Under the pieces are notes generated by a model. That model saw nothing but the letters and a program-made list of their open reading frames with translations. It did not search any database and was not told the DNA's origin. Shown here in pieces: positions 8,647-17,507 of a stretch of 32,810 nucleotides of DNA (positions are counted from its first letter, which is position 1; each line of letters begins with the position of its first letter). The translations under genes were made by a program, and so were the position numbers. Origin of the DNA: Verrucomicrobiota bacterium (GTDB lineage Bacteria > Verrucomicrobiota > Verrucomicrobiia > Limisphaerales > SXQI01); the NCBI GenBank assembly GCA_033762115.1, contig JANRLX010000102.1, positions 1-32,810 on the forward strand. The letters run 5' to 3'.

Positions 8647-10044
8647 TTATGGAAAAGCAGGCAATGAAGCGGCGGCTATTGCCTGCCCGTGACGTTTCTC
8701 CAGCTCGTCAGGAATGTGAATTGTCACCGTACGTCCCGCCAGTTCCGCTTTGAGCACCTCCTCCGCTCCCCTGACAATCATTTCGCCACCCGCGCCGGAG
8801 GTTACACGCCCGAGAAGCAGCACATGTTCAAGGTCGTAGAAATCGGTGTAATGCAGCAGGGCGTAGCCAAAATAAATCCCGATGGTTTGATAAATTTTTT
8901 CAGCGCGGGAGTCCTCTTGCTCCATAAGATGCTGGACCTCCTTCAATTTCACCGGCAGCGGCATGGTCTCAGGCAATTCGATACCGGCAGGTCCAAGCAG
9001 GCGGCCAACCGCCTGTTGGGAAAGATATTGCACCGCACACCCGCAATCGCCCGACCATTCATCCCGCGGCGCGTCAGGCTGGTAATCAATGGGGGCAAAT
9101 GCAAGTTCGTTAAGCCAGGTGGTGATGTTTCCCTCCGCGTTAACATATCCCCCTGCGGTGCTGCTGCCCATGGCTAACCCGAGGACAGCATTTTTCCCGA
9201 GCGACATCGACCCTGCGAGTGCGGTGACTTCACCGTCATTGGCAATTTCAAAGGGAATGCCGTTCCAGTATTTTCGTAACTCAATGAAAATGTCTTTGAC
9301 CCGTGTTTCAAACAAAGGCTTGGGAACACCGCGGAACAAGGAAGCAATTTTGACGCGATTATTAACGTAAACGCCAGCGGAACTTCCCCCAATCGCATCC
9401 ACCCTGGGCAGGTGCTCGGCGGCACGCTTCAGCGAATCAAGGATCTGGTCGAAATGCCATTGTGGATCGCTTTTGGGAACTGGGTCCCAGACGATTTCCT
9501 CACTGAAAACCGATTTTCCATCAATTACAGCAGCCACTTTGCGATCACTTCCGCCGAGGTCGAACCCGATCCTGCAACCATTCAAATGCCTGCCCAAAGC
9601 GGTGGAACCGCTCCGGTCCGGAGGCAGCTTGCTGCATTCGATGATTTCAAATGGAGCTTCGTAAATCCGTTCTCCCATGACTTCCGCGTCGAACCTGCCT
9701 GTGGGATTGGTTTGATAATGATGCCGCAAAGCCCCGGCCAGCTGTGAAGGACCTGAAAAATGAATTCGAAAACCGCCGCGTGACCAAAGCAAAAATTTAA
9801 CCAGACGCTCCAGATAAATGAAATTTCCAGAGGAAGCGGGATGGTTGTTCGGGAAGAGAATGGTGCTGAACGAGGAAATGGAACCATCCCTTTGCTCCAG
9901 GGCAATTCCGACCGGCACAGCCGCCCCGGTTCGGCTTGCGGCAGCGCGAAACTCCCGGTTGCACAGGGCTGCGGGCCTGAAGGCCGGGTCAAGCGCTGGT
10001 TTCAGCTTCGGTATCACGAGAGGCAATCCCCGGTTGGTTGACAT
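8647..10044 (-). CDS. Large ROK-family protein (putative sugar kinase) with an N-terminal extension
   Basis: IGFDLGGSDRK, SSAGV, NDGEVTALAG, GLAMGSSTAGG, NELAF..; no obvious HTH. Confidence 0.8.
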   Translation of the reverse strand: MSTNRGLPLVIPKLKPALDPAFRPAALCNREFRAAASRTGAAVPVGIALEQRDGSISSFSTILFPNNHPASSGNFIYLERLVKFLLWSRGGFRIHFSGPSQLAGALRHHYQTNPTGRFDAEVMGERIYEAPFEIIECSKLPPDRSGSTALGRHLNGCRIGFDLGGSDRKVAAVIDGKSVFSEEIVWDPVPKSDPQWHFDQILDSLKRAAEHLPRVDAIGGSSAGVYVNNRVKIASLFRGVPKPLFETRVKDIFIELRKYWNGIPFEIANDGEVTALAGSMSLGKNAVLGLAMGSSTAGGYVNAEGNITTWLNELAFAPIDYQPDAPRDEWSGDCGCAVQYLSQQAVGRLLGPAGIELPETMPLPVKLKEVQHLMEQEDSRAEKIYQTIGIYFGYALLHYTDFYDLEHVLLLGRVTSGAGGEMIVRGAEEVLKAELAGRTVTIHIPDELEKRHGQAIAAASLPAFP

Positions 10045-10129
10045 GAAAAGATGCTATTGAATCACGCGCTATAAAAAAGATGAAAGATCAGCAAAGAAGG
10101 TTTGGTGCCCCGAGACCAAAATCATTAGA

Positions 10130-11923
10130 GTGCCATCGGGTATGATGAAGCCAGCCGCCACGCGAGGGGAACGAAACAGCGTCAATCCATATGTCATCGA
10201 GTGGGTCGAGCGGTATCGCCAGCTTTGTTGCCCGGACCAGGTTTACTGGTGTGATGGCAGCCTGGAGGAGAAAGCCGCGCTCGAAGAGGAAGCCGTGAAC
10301 GCAGGGGTGCTGATCCGGCTGAACCAGGAGAAACTTCCCGGTTGTTTTTATCATCGTTCCAATCCCAACGATGTGGCCAGGGTGGAGCAATGCACCTATA
10401 TCTGCACCGATTCCCAGGATGAAGCCGGGCCGACGAACAACTGGGCGCCACCAGAGGAGATGTACCAGCGTTTGCATGTCATGCTCGAAGGAGCGATGCG
10501 GGGAAGAACGTTGTATGTGGTTCCTTACCTGATGGGACCGGCCGGATCACCCATGACAAAGGTCGGCGTTGAACTGACTGATTCCATTTACGTGGTGCTG
10601 AGCATGCGGATCATGACCCGGATGGGAGCTGCTGCCTGGGAACAATTGGGTAGCGACGATGATTTCAATCGCGGGGTGCACAGCATGCTGGATATCAATC
10701 CCGCGCGCCGTTACATCTGCCATTTCCCTGAAGACAACACGATCATTTCCGTGGGTTCAAATTACGGCGGCAATGTCCTTCTCGGGAAAAAATGTTTTGC
10801 CCTTCGCATCGGTTCCTATCTGGCCGAACGGGAGGATTGGATGGCCGAGCATATGTTGATCCTGGGGGTGGAATCGCCGCAGGGGGAGAAAACATATGTG
10901 GCTGCCGCCTTTCCCAGCGCATGCGGGAAAACAAATTTTGCAATGATGATTCCCCCGCCCCGGTTCGAAGGATGGAAAATCACCACTGTGGGTGATGACA
11001 TTGCCTGGATGCGACCGGGACCGGATGGGCGGCTTTATGCCATCAATCCGGAAGCTGGATATTTTGGGGTGGTCCCCGGCACGAACAGCAAATCCAATCC
11101 CAATGCGGTGGCGACCATTCAGCGGGACACAATTTACACAAATGTGGCCCTGACCCCCGACCTTGATGTCTGGTGGGAAGGAAAGGATGGCCCCGTGCCC
11201 GAGGAGTGCCTTGACTGGAAAGGGGAACGCTGGACCCCCGCTTCCACTGAAAAGGCCGCCCACCCGAACAGCCGGTTTGCCGCCCCCATGATCAACAACC
11301 CGGCCCTCGATTCACAAGCAAACAACCCCGCAGGCGTGCCAATTTCTGCTATTATCTTTGGAGGACGGCGCGCCACGACAATTCCATTGTTGTTCGAAGC
11401 GTTTGATTGGGGGCATGGGGTTTACCTCGGCGCCATGATGGGGAGCGAAACCACCGCGGCAGCCATCGGCGGCGTGGGGCAGTTGCGTCGTGACCCCATG
11501 GCCATGCTTCCATTCTGTGGATATGACATGGGAAATTATTTTCGCCATTGGCTGGCGATGCGCAAACGAATCAAACTGCTTCCGCGGATTTTTCACGTGA
11601 ACTGGTTCCGAAAGGATGAACAGGGCAAATACCTCTGGCCCGGTTTTGGGGAAAACATGCGGGTCCTTAAATGGATCATGGACCGTTGCAACGGCAGGGT
11701 AGGCGCACGTGAAACCATTTTGGGCTGGGTCCCTCAACCCGCCGACTTCGACCTGGCCGGGCTGGAAGCTTTTGGCCTTCTTGAATTTGAGAAAGCCCAG
11801 GGGATTTTTCCCGAAGAATGGAAAAAAGAGATCGTTTTACAGGATGAATTGTTCATCCGTTTGTATGGAACCATGCCAAAAGAGCTTACTTTTCAACGGG
11901 AACTGCTGATGTCGCGATTATGA
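10130..11923 (+). CDS. pckG: Phosphoenolpyruvate carboxykinase (GTP)
   Basis: DVARVE, GSNYGGN.LLGKKCFALRI, AFPSACGKTN, VGDDIAW, AHPNSRF, DPMAMLPFCGY, VNWFRKD. The start may be 10142 rather than 10130. Confidence 0.97.
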   Translation: MPSGMMKPAATRGERNSVNPYVIEWVERYRQLCCPDQVYWCDGSLEEKAALEEEAVNAGVLIRLNQEKLPGCFYHRSNPNDVARVEQCTYICTDSQDEAGPTNNWAPPEEMYQRLHVMLEGAMRGRTLYVVPYLMGPAGSPMTKVGVELTDSIYVVLSMRIMTRMGAAAWEQLGSDDDFNRGVHSMLDINPARRYICHFPEDNTIISVGSNYGGNVLLGKKCFALRIGSYLAEREDWMAEHMLILGVESPQGEKTYVAAAFPSACGKTNFAMMIPPPRFEGWKITTVGDDIAWMRPGPDGRLYAINPEAGYFGVVPGTNSKSNPNAVATIQRDTIYTNVALTPDLDVWWEGKDGPVPEECLDWKGERWTPASTEKAAHPNSRFAAPMINNPALDSQANNPAGVPISAIIFGGRRATTIPLLFEAFDWGHGVYLGAMMGSETTAAAIGGVGQLRRDPMAMLPFCGYDMGNYFRHWLAMRKRIKLLPRIFHVNWFRKDEQGKYLWPGFGENMRVLKWIMDRCNGRVGARETILGWVPQPADFDLAGLEAFGLLEFEKAQGIFPEEWKKEIVLQDELFIRLYGTMPKELTFQRELLMSRL

Positions 11924-11935
11924 GAAAATTTATTG

Positions 11936-11963
11936 TTGACAATTCCCATCAATATAACATGAT
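11936..11963 (+). promoter_or_regulatory. Putative sigma70 promoter of the PEP-CTERM gene
   Basis: TTGACA-N16-CATGAT in AT-rich intergenic DNA. Confidence 0.4.
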
Positions 11964-11996
11964 AAACATATTGCTGGGAACTCAACCATAAACATT

Positions 11997-12986
11997 ATGC
12001 GCTTAACGCTACCCATTTTGACCTCCCTGACCTGCCTGACGGCAGTTTCCACTACCCTGGCCGCAACTCAGGGACAAATCGTTCCCGTGGCAATTTACAC
12101 CGGCCTTGATGCGCCGTTTGGCCTCGCCTATGACCCCAATCGGGATGCCATCTGGTACAGCCATAATGGGGCCAATTATAATTTTGATACCGTCCGCCCA
12201 TTCACTTCATTCACCCCTGCGGAATTGTCCGGTCTTACCAAGGACAGTCGTGGAGTTTATATCATTGGGAATGGGACCACAGCAAAGAGCTATTCCCTGG
12301 AAACTTACTTGAACACCGCTTCCCTGGCATTTGACAATGCAATCGACCGGATCATTGCCCAGGTCCCCGGTGAAGCCCGCCTCGTCGAGGTGGATCCCAA
12401 TTTCGTTTTTGACCCCGGCAATCCTGATGCGTTGCCGTGGGATGAAAACTCCAGCTACCGTCCCGGCTCCGCTCCATTCGTTCCTCCCCTTCCCCCGGTT
12501 TCTGATGGGTTGGATGTCGATGGTTCTGATGTTTTCTGGTCTCCTGAAAAGGGAAGCGTTTACAAGAATGGCGTGTTGTTCATTGATAAGAGCAATCCCG
12601 CCCAGAAAGTCCCTGGCCAGACGATTGATGAAGGGATCGCAGGGGTCGAAAAAGCCGGTGATCTGGTTTACACCGTGTCCCGCTTCTCCGATGTGAACGG
12701 CCCACGTTCCCGCACGATTGCGGCTTATGATGCAGATACAGGTGAGTTGCTCGCCTATGATCCCGATGGTGACGAAACCGCTTTCCGTTGGGAAGATATG
12801 ACGTTTGACGGGAGATACCTTTACGTGACAGATCCCGTGGGGAACCAGGATCCCAATGATCCGGCGGGGGATATTTACGTTTTTGAATTCATCATCACTC
12901 CCGTTCCTGAGCCGAGCACAGTGATTGGCGCCGCGGTGATGGGTCTCCTTGCCGGGGCTTCGGTCCTGCGCCGGAATCGCAAGTAA
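11997..12986 (+). CDS. Secreted PEP-CTERM sorting-domain protein (probable beta-propeller-like body)
   Basis: Signal peptide; C-terminal VPEPST, TM helix and RRNRK; GLAYD/SLAFD/GLDVD/DMTFDG blade-like repeats. Confidence 0.88.
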   Translation: MRLTLPILTSLTCLTAVSTTLAATQGQIVPVAIYTGLDAPFGLAYDPNRDAIWYSHNGANYNFDTVRPFTSFTPAELSGLTKDSRGVYIIGNGTTAKSYSLETYLNTASLAFDNAIDRIIAQVPGEARLVEVDPNFVFDPGNPDALPWDENSSYRPGSAPFVPPLPPVSDGLDVDGSDVFWSPEKGSVYKNGVLFIDKSNPAQKVPGQTIDEGIAGVEKAGDLVYTVSRFSDVNGPRSRTIAAYDADTGELLAYDPDGDETAFRWEDMTFDGRYLYVTDPVGNQDPNDPAGDIYVFEFIITPVPEPSTVIGAAVMGLLAGASVLRRNRK

Positions 12987-13760
12987 TCAAAGTGCACCCA
13001 GGATGGTTTCGAGTGCGCGGGCATGCGCTGCCACTCGAGCCTGCAACGGAAAATCTGACGGTGTCTCCAACGTGTAGCTGACATCTGTTTTCGTTGACAC
13101 CAGGTAAATCGCTTCCGGCCATTGCGGTCGTTCATCGAAAGGCACCTGCGGCCGAATCACTCCGTTCTCGGTGTCCCAACTGTCAACCGTGGCCGCGTTT
13201 TCAATTGGGAAAACCTCCCGGACTCCATCAATGATTGTTTCCGACAGCGTTGCCTTTCCGGAACGGTTCAGCTCGTAAAGGTAAAATCCGTTCGCTTCCC
13301 AATCCTCATGAAGAATGACCGCCAGGTCCACTCGTGGCACAGAGCGAAGCCAGGCGACATGCCCCCGAATCTCCGCTGTCATCAGATGTCGATAATCACG
13401 GTTAAGGTCGATACCAATTTCGTTTTCACGGGTGTTCCGCACAAAACCAGTTGGATTCAGGCAGGGGCACAACCAGATCTCCATGTCGGCTGGCCATTTG
13501 GCCGAAGCAAAAAGCTGATGGATCGCCAGCGGACCGGCAGGTTCATCCCCGTGAATACCCGTGGAAATATAGAGTCGTTTGCGCGGGGAGGTGACACTCC
13601 AATGGTAGCCGAAAATTTCGAATTCACCCAGCGTGAAAATCGGCTCCCGAACCCAGTTGGATGAAGTGGCCAGGCGATCAATCTCCTCCAGAACAGCGCC
13701 GATTTTGATCTGTTCGCCGCAATATTTCCCGCAGTTCAGCCCCAATCGCTGCATCATCAA
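12987..13760 (-). CDS. M14 family Zn-carboxypeptidase / succinylglutamate desuccinylase-like protein
   Basis: GIHGDEPAG (HxxE), LNPTGF...REN..GIDLNRDY, LHEDWE, TLETP; ATGA overlap with bioB. Confidence 0.85.
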   Translation of the reverse strand: MMMQRLGLNCGKYCGEQIKIGAVLEEIDRLATSSNWVREPIFTLGEFEIFGYHWSVTSPRKRLYISTGIHGDEPAGPLAIHQLFASAKWPADMEIWLCPCLNPTGFVRNTRENEIGIDLNRDYRHLMTAEIRGHVAWLRSVPRVDLAVILHEDWEANGFYLYELNRSGKATLSETIIDGVREVFPIENAATVDSWDTENGVIRPQVPFDERPQWPEAIYLVSTKTDVSYTLETPSDFPLQARVAAHARALETILGAL

Positions 13761-14869
13761 ACCATGGCAAGAGCCGGTTCCTTCTCCTGTTTCGGTTCAG
13801 GGCAACCGCATCCCGGTTCCTGGTCACTGAACCCGTGCTTGTCCCAATTTGGATCCAGCCCAAGGTCTCTGAGCATCTGGAGATCTTTTTCAACTGGCTG
13901 GTTAAGGGTGGTCAGGTAATTGCCAACCATGAGGGCGCTTGCGCCAGCCATGAAAATCATGCTTTGCAAATCGCGCAGATTCACTGTTCGCCCCCCGGCG
14001 ATCATGATTTCCTGCTTCGGCAGCACGAACCGAAAACAGGCGATGGTCTTTAAAATTTCCAGGGGTTGCAGGCTCGGTTTGCCCGCGAACGGGGTTCCTT
14101 CAATCGGATTGAGAATATTGATCGGAATGATATTCGCGCCCAGATCCCGCAATGAAAATGCGAGATCACACCGGTCCTGGACCGTTTCGCCCATCCCGAT
14201 GATTCCGCCGGAACAGATTTTGATCCCTGCATTTTTCAAATGCCGGATTGTTTCCACGCGATCCTCGTAGCTGTGGGTGGAACAGACGTTCGGGAAGAAA
14301 CGTTTCGAGCTTTCCAGATTATGGTTATAGCATTGCAGCCCGGAATCTTTCAAACGTTGGGCAACCTTCGGGTTTTTGATGATTCCCAGAGAAGCGTCCG
14401 GGCGGGCTTTACCGGCATTTTTCAACTCCTCCAGCCGGTTGCAAATCTGGTCCAGCACCGGCCCTTCATCCAACCCTTTCCAGGCAGCCACCATTCCGAC
14501 TGCAGTCACCCCGTTTGCTTTCGCTTCTTCCGCAGCGGTCAAAATCGGGTCGAGATCAACCAGCCCGTAACGCGGAGATTCCGTCTGGTAGGCGGCGGAT
14601 TGGGAGCAGAATTTGCAATTTTCAGAGCAGCCGCCTGCCTTGACGTTTACGATCGAGCAAAGGTGGATTTTATTCCCCTTGAAATGTTCCCGTATACGAT
14701 TGGCCCAGGCCAGCAGATCAAAAATATCCGCGCTGGCATTCAAATGAAAGAGCCATTCCCCCTCCTCGCGCGAGAGTTGGCCACCCGAGATGATTTTCTG
14801 CCCCAGGGAAGCAATTCGGTTATGATTGGATTTGGCGTCAACCAACGGGTCACTCATGGTTGACACCAT
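13757..14869 (-). CDS. bioB: Biotin synthase (radical SAM) with atypical auxiliary-cluster ligands
   Basis: CSENCKFCSQS, YNHNLE, CSGGIIGMGE, PINILNPIEGTP, GNYLTT. The true start may be the ATG at 14857. Confidence 0.9.
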   Translation of the reverse strand: MVSTMSDPLVDAKSNHNRIASLGQKIISGGQLSREEGEWLFHLNASADIFDLLAWANRIREHFKGNKIHLCSIVNVKAGGCSENCKFCSQSAAYQTESPRYGLVDLDPILTAAEEAKANGVTAVGMVAAWKGLDEGPVLDQICNRLEELKNAGKARPDASLGIIKNPKVAQRLKDSGLQCYNHNLESSKRFFPNVCSTHSYEDRVETIRHLKNAGIKICSGGIIGMGETVQDRCDLAFSLRDLGANIIPINILNPIEGTPFAGKPSLQPLEILKTIACFRFVLPKQEIMIAGGRTVNLRDLQSMIFMAGASALMVGNYLTTLNQPVEKDLQMLRDLGLDPNWDKHGFSDQEPGCGCPEPKQEKEPALAMV

Positions 14870-14917
14870 AACCAGCCTCTGCCGGATTGGGCAAGCGTTT
14901 CAGAACAGGATCAAAGC

Positions 14918-15760
14918 TTAGTTGTTCTTCTCATCATATTCCACATCTCCCCGTTCCCGTTTGCGAGGGCCTTCATTTTCGGCATAAAATTTTTCATTCA
15001 TTTTCGCCTGCTCCGCCTCAGTCAGGAACCTGCGGGAGAACACCAGCGCCTTGTTCATTCCCCCTGGAACAACCACACGCTCCCCTTTCATCAAGGCAGT
15101 ATAAGCGGTTTTGGCAACCTCCTGCGGAGACATGACGCTTGCCTTTTGAAAAACATTGGTGTCCACCATGTCCGCTTTGGGAAAGAAATCCGTGTCTGTA
15201 GGTCCAGGGCAAAGTGCGGTCACGGTAATACCCGTTTCCTGCAGTTCAGTCGCCAGCGCTTCACTGAAAGAGAGAACGAACGCCTTGGTGGCATGGTAGA
15301 TGGCCAGGCTCGGTCCCGGTTCAAATCCAGCCACTGATGCGGTGTTCAGGATGCGACCTGAACCACGGCTTAACATTTGCGGCAGGAAGCTCTTGGTCAG
15401 GCGGACGACAGCCTCGATGTTCACCCGGATCATTGACAAATCTTTCTCAAGCGGGATTTCCCAGAAATTCCCACGTTGGCCATGACCCGCATTGTTCACC
15501 AGGATATCAATCTTTGCGCCGGTTTGCTGCACCTTCTGGACGATATTTTCCACGGCGTTCTCTTCATTCAGGTCCTGGGCGATGATCTGTGCCTGAATGC
15601 CGTAATCTGTATCCAGCTCCTGGGCCAGTTCTGCCAGGTCGGCAGGAGTGCGGGAGGTGAGAATAAGCCGATGTCCATTCCGGGCGAACTCACGTGCAAG
15701 GTCTCTTCCAATCCCTTTACCCGCGCCTGTGATCAATGCAAGTTCCTGATTTTGATTCAT
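14918..15760 (-). CDS. Short-chain dehydrogenase/reductase (DltE-like)
   Basis: TGAGKGIG, NNAG, S, YHATK, LCPGPT.T.F. Confidence 0.92.
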   Translation of the reverse strand: MNQNQELALITGAGKGIGRDLAREFARNGHRLILTSRTPADLAELAQELDTDYGIQAQIIAQDLNEENAVENIVQKVQQTGAKIDILVNNAGHGQRGNFWEIPLEKDLSMIRVNIEAVVRLTKSFLPQMLSRGSGRILNTASVAGFEPGPSLAIYHATKAFVLSFSEALATELQETGITVTALCPGPTDTDFFPKADMVDTNVFQKASVMSPQEVAKTAYTALMKGERVVVPGGMNKALVFSRRFLTEAEQAKMNEKFYAENEGPRKRERGDVEYDEKNN

Positions 15761-15904
15761 ATTGAAACATAACGTGATCGGAAAGCCGCGCCATTCGTCA
15801 GGGCCCGATTTTGCCTTAAAGAAATCCTTCTGAGCCCACTCAGGGATTCAAAAACAACTGGCTTCCAGACAACGTCAGGGCCACTCTTCTGTGCCATACG
15901 ATTC

Positions 15905-16612
15905 ATGGACAAATTCGTGCAACTGGGTTCATTGCAGGTCGGGTTACGACCGTGTGTTGTCGGCACGGTGACTTCATGGGCTTTCCTCAACAACGCACCT
16001 GCTGATTCCTTCAGGGAGTGTGACCTTGTGGAAATCCGTCTTGATCTAATTGGGATCGATTACCCGTGGGACGCTGCCTTGCAACGCCTTCAAGCGGTGG
16101 GAATGCCGCTGCTGGTCACCATCAGGGCGGGATATGAAGGTGGATCGTGGAACGGCGTGGAAGAGGCACGGGCCGAGATTTATCGGCAGGCAATTCCCTT
16201 TTGTGATGCCATTGATATTGAACTGAACAGTCCCGTCGCAGCGGCACTTTGCGCCTGGGTCAGGCAGAAAAACAAAATCGCCATTGTTTCCCATCATAAT
16301 TTTAAAATCACCCCCGGCAGATCCGAATTGCAGGAGTTGGTCAGGCGCGGGCAGGAGATCGGCTCAATCGTGAAAATTGCCGCGACTGCCAATTCACCTG
16401 TTGATGTGGAAAATTTGCGGAATCTGTTAAATGACGATTGGGAAGTGCCGATTTGCGTGATTGGGATGGGGCCGCTTGGTGCGGAAACCAGATATGAATT
16501 TCCATCTCTCGGATCATGTCTGACCTATGGCTATCTTGACCAGCCCGGGGCGCCGGGACAGCCGAGTGCTGCCTGGTTATTGGAAAAATTAGGGCGAAAG
16601 AGCGGTTCATGA
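15905..16612 (+). CDS. aroD: Type I 3-dehydroquinate dehydratase
   Basis: DLVEIRLD, TIR...EGG, IDIE, IVSHHNF..TP, IVKIA, IGMG..G..TR, GS.LTY...APGQ. Confidence 0.9.
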   Translation: MDKFVQLGSLQVGLRPCVVGTVTSWAFLNNAPADSFRECDLVEIRLDLIGIDYPWDAALQRLQAVGMPLLVTIRAGYEGGSWNGVEEARAEIYRQAIPFCDAIDIELNSPVAAALCAWVRQKNKIAIVSHHNFKITPGRSELQELVRRGQEIGSIVKIAATANSPVDVENLRNLLNDDWEVPICVIGMGPLGAETRYEFPSLGSCLTYGYLDQPGAPGQPSAAWLLEKLGRKSGS

Positions 16613-17430
16613 AATTCAAATGGATTCTCCATCTGCTGTTGCTGCTGGCGATCTCACTTCCAGTTCCAATGCTTGCCACCGAAATCATCGCACATCGCGG
16701 GGCCTCCTATGATGCACCGGAAAATACCCTGGCAGCATTTCGCCTTGGATTCGAGCAGGGAGCGGATGCCATTGAACTGGATGTTCATCTCTCAAAGGAT
16801 TCGCAGCTGATTGTCCTGCATGATCCTGACACTAAGCGGACCGGGGGTGTGGAAACACGCGTCGCGGAGCAAGTCGCTGCAGAGTTGCAAAAGATCAATG
16901 TGGGTGAATTCGGAACCTGGAAGGGACGTGGGTTTTCCGAGAAAATTCCGCTGCTTCAGGAAGTTTTCCCGCTGGTGCCAAAGGACAAGCGTCTGTTTAT
17001 TGAAATCAAGAGCGGCCTGGAAACAGTCCCGCCCTTTGTTAAAGTAATTCGTGAGTCAAAACTTTCGCCGCGACAGCTGCCAATCATCACGTTCAAAGTG
17101 GAGGTGGCCAGGGAGATCAAACGACTGTTGCCGGAACATGAAGTTTCCTTCCTTCACAGTTGGAAAAAAAATGAAGAAAGCGGTGAATATCCCAGGATTG
17201 AAGAATTGATCAGCCGCGCTCGCGAAGCAAAGCTCGATGGCCTGGACCTGCAATACGGGTTTCCAATCAATAAAGCCTTTGTGGATAAGGTCCATGCTGC
17301 GGGGCTGAAATTATACACCTGGACGGTTGATGATCCGGAAGTGGGAAGGGCGCATCAGGCGGCAGGCGTGGATGGAATCACCACCAACCGCCCCCAGTGG
17401 TTGCGGTCACAGCTTGCGCAGAAGGAATAG
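16609..17430 (+). CDS. Secreted glycerophosphodiester phosphodiesterase
   Basis: Signal peptide; IAHRGAS.DAPENTL, IELDVH.SKD...VLHD, IEIK, WTVD, GVDGITTNRP. Confidence 0.92.
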   Translation: MKFKWILHLLLLLAISLPVPMLATEIIAHRGASYDAPENTLAAFRLGFEQGADAIELDVHLSKDSQLIVLHDPDTKRTGGVETRVAEQVAAELQKINVGEFGTWKGRGFSEKIPLLQEVFPLVPKDKRLFIEIKSGLETVPPFVKVIRESKLSPRQLPIITFKVEVAREIKRLLPEHEVSFLHSWKKNEESGEYPRIEELISRAREAKLDGLDLQYGFPINKAFVDKVHAAGLKLYTWTVDDPEVGRAHQAAGVDGITTNRPQWLRSQLAQKE

Positions 17431-17507
17431 TTCGACTTGCATCCCGGCTCAATGAGACATTAAATCCTGCATCCGGCAATCTGACACTGCTGGATACTAT
17501 TTACAAA

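Noticed and set aside
14870..14917. BirA operator or riboswitch upstream of bioB
   Set aside because: The intergenic stretch is under 50 nt with no convincing palindrome or structured leader.
15905..17430. aroD-GDPD translational coupling as a new pathway
   Set aside because: There is no biochemical link between a cytoplasmic shikimate enzyme and an exported phosphodiesterase; most simply this is operon packing.
17397..17507. N-terminal extensions given by the ORF track (NIPSNAP 17397, DUF2383 19720, GH44 26351, rfbA 26399, rfbB 28266)
   Set aside because: Downstream starts fit the signal peptides, family N-termini or RBS better.
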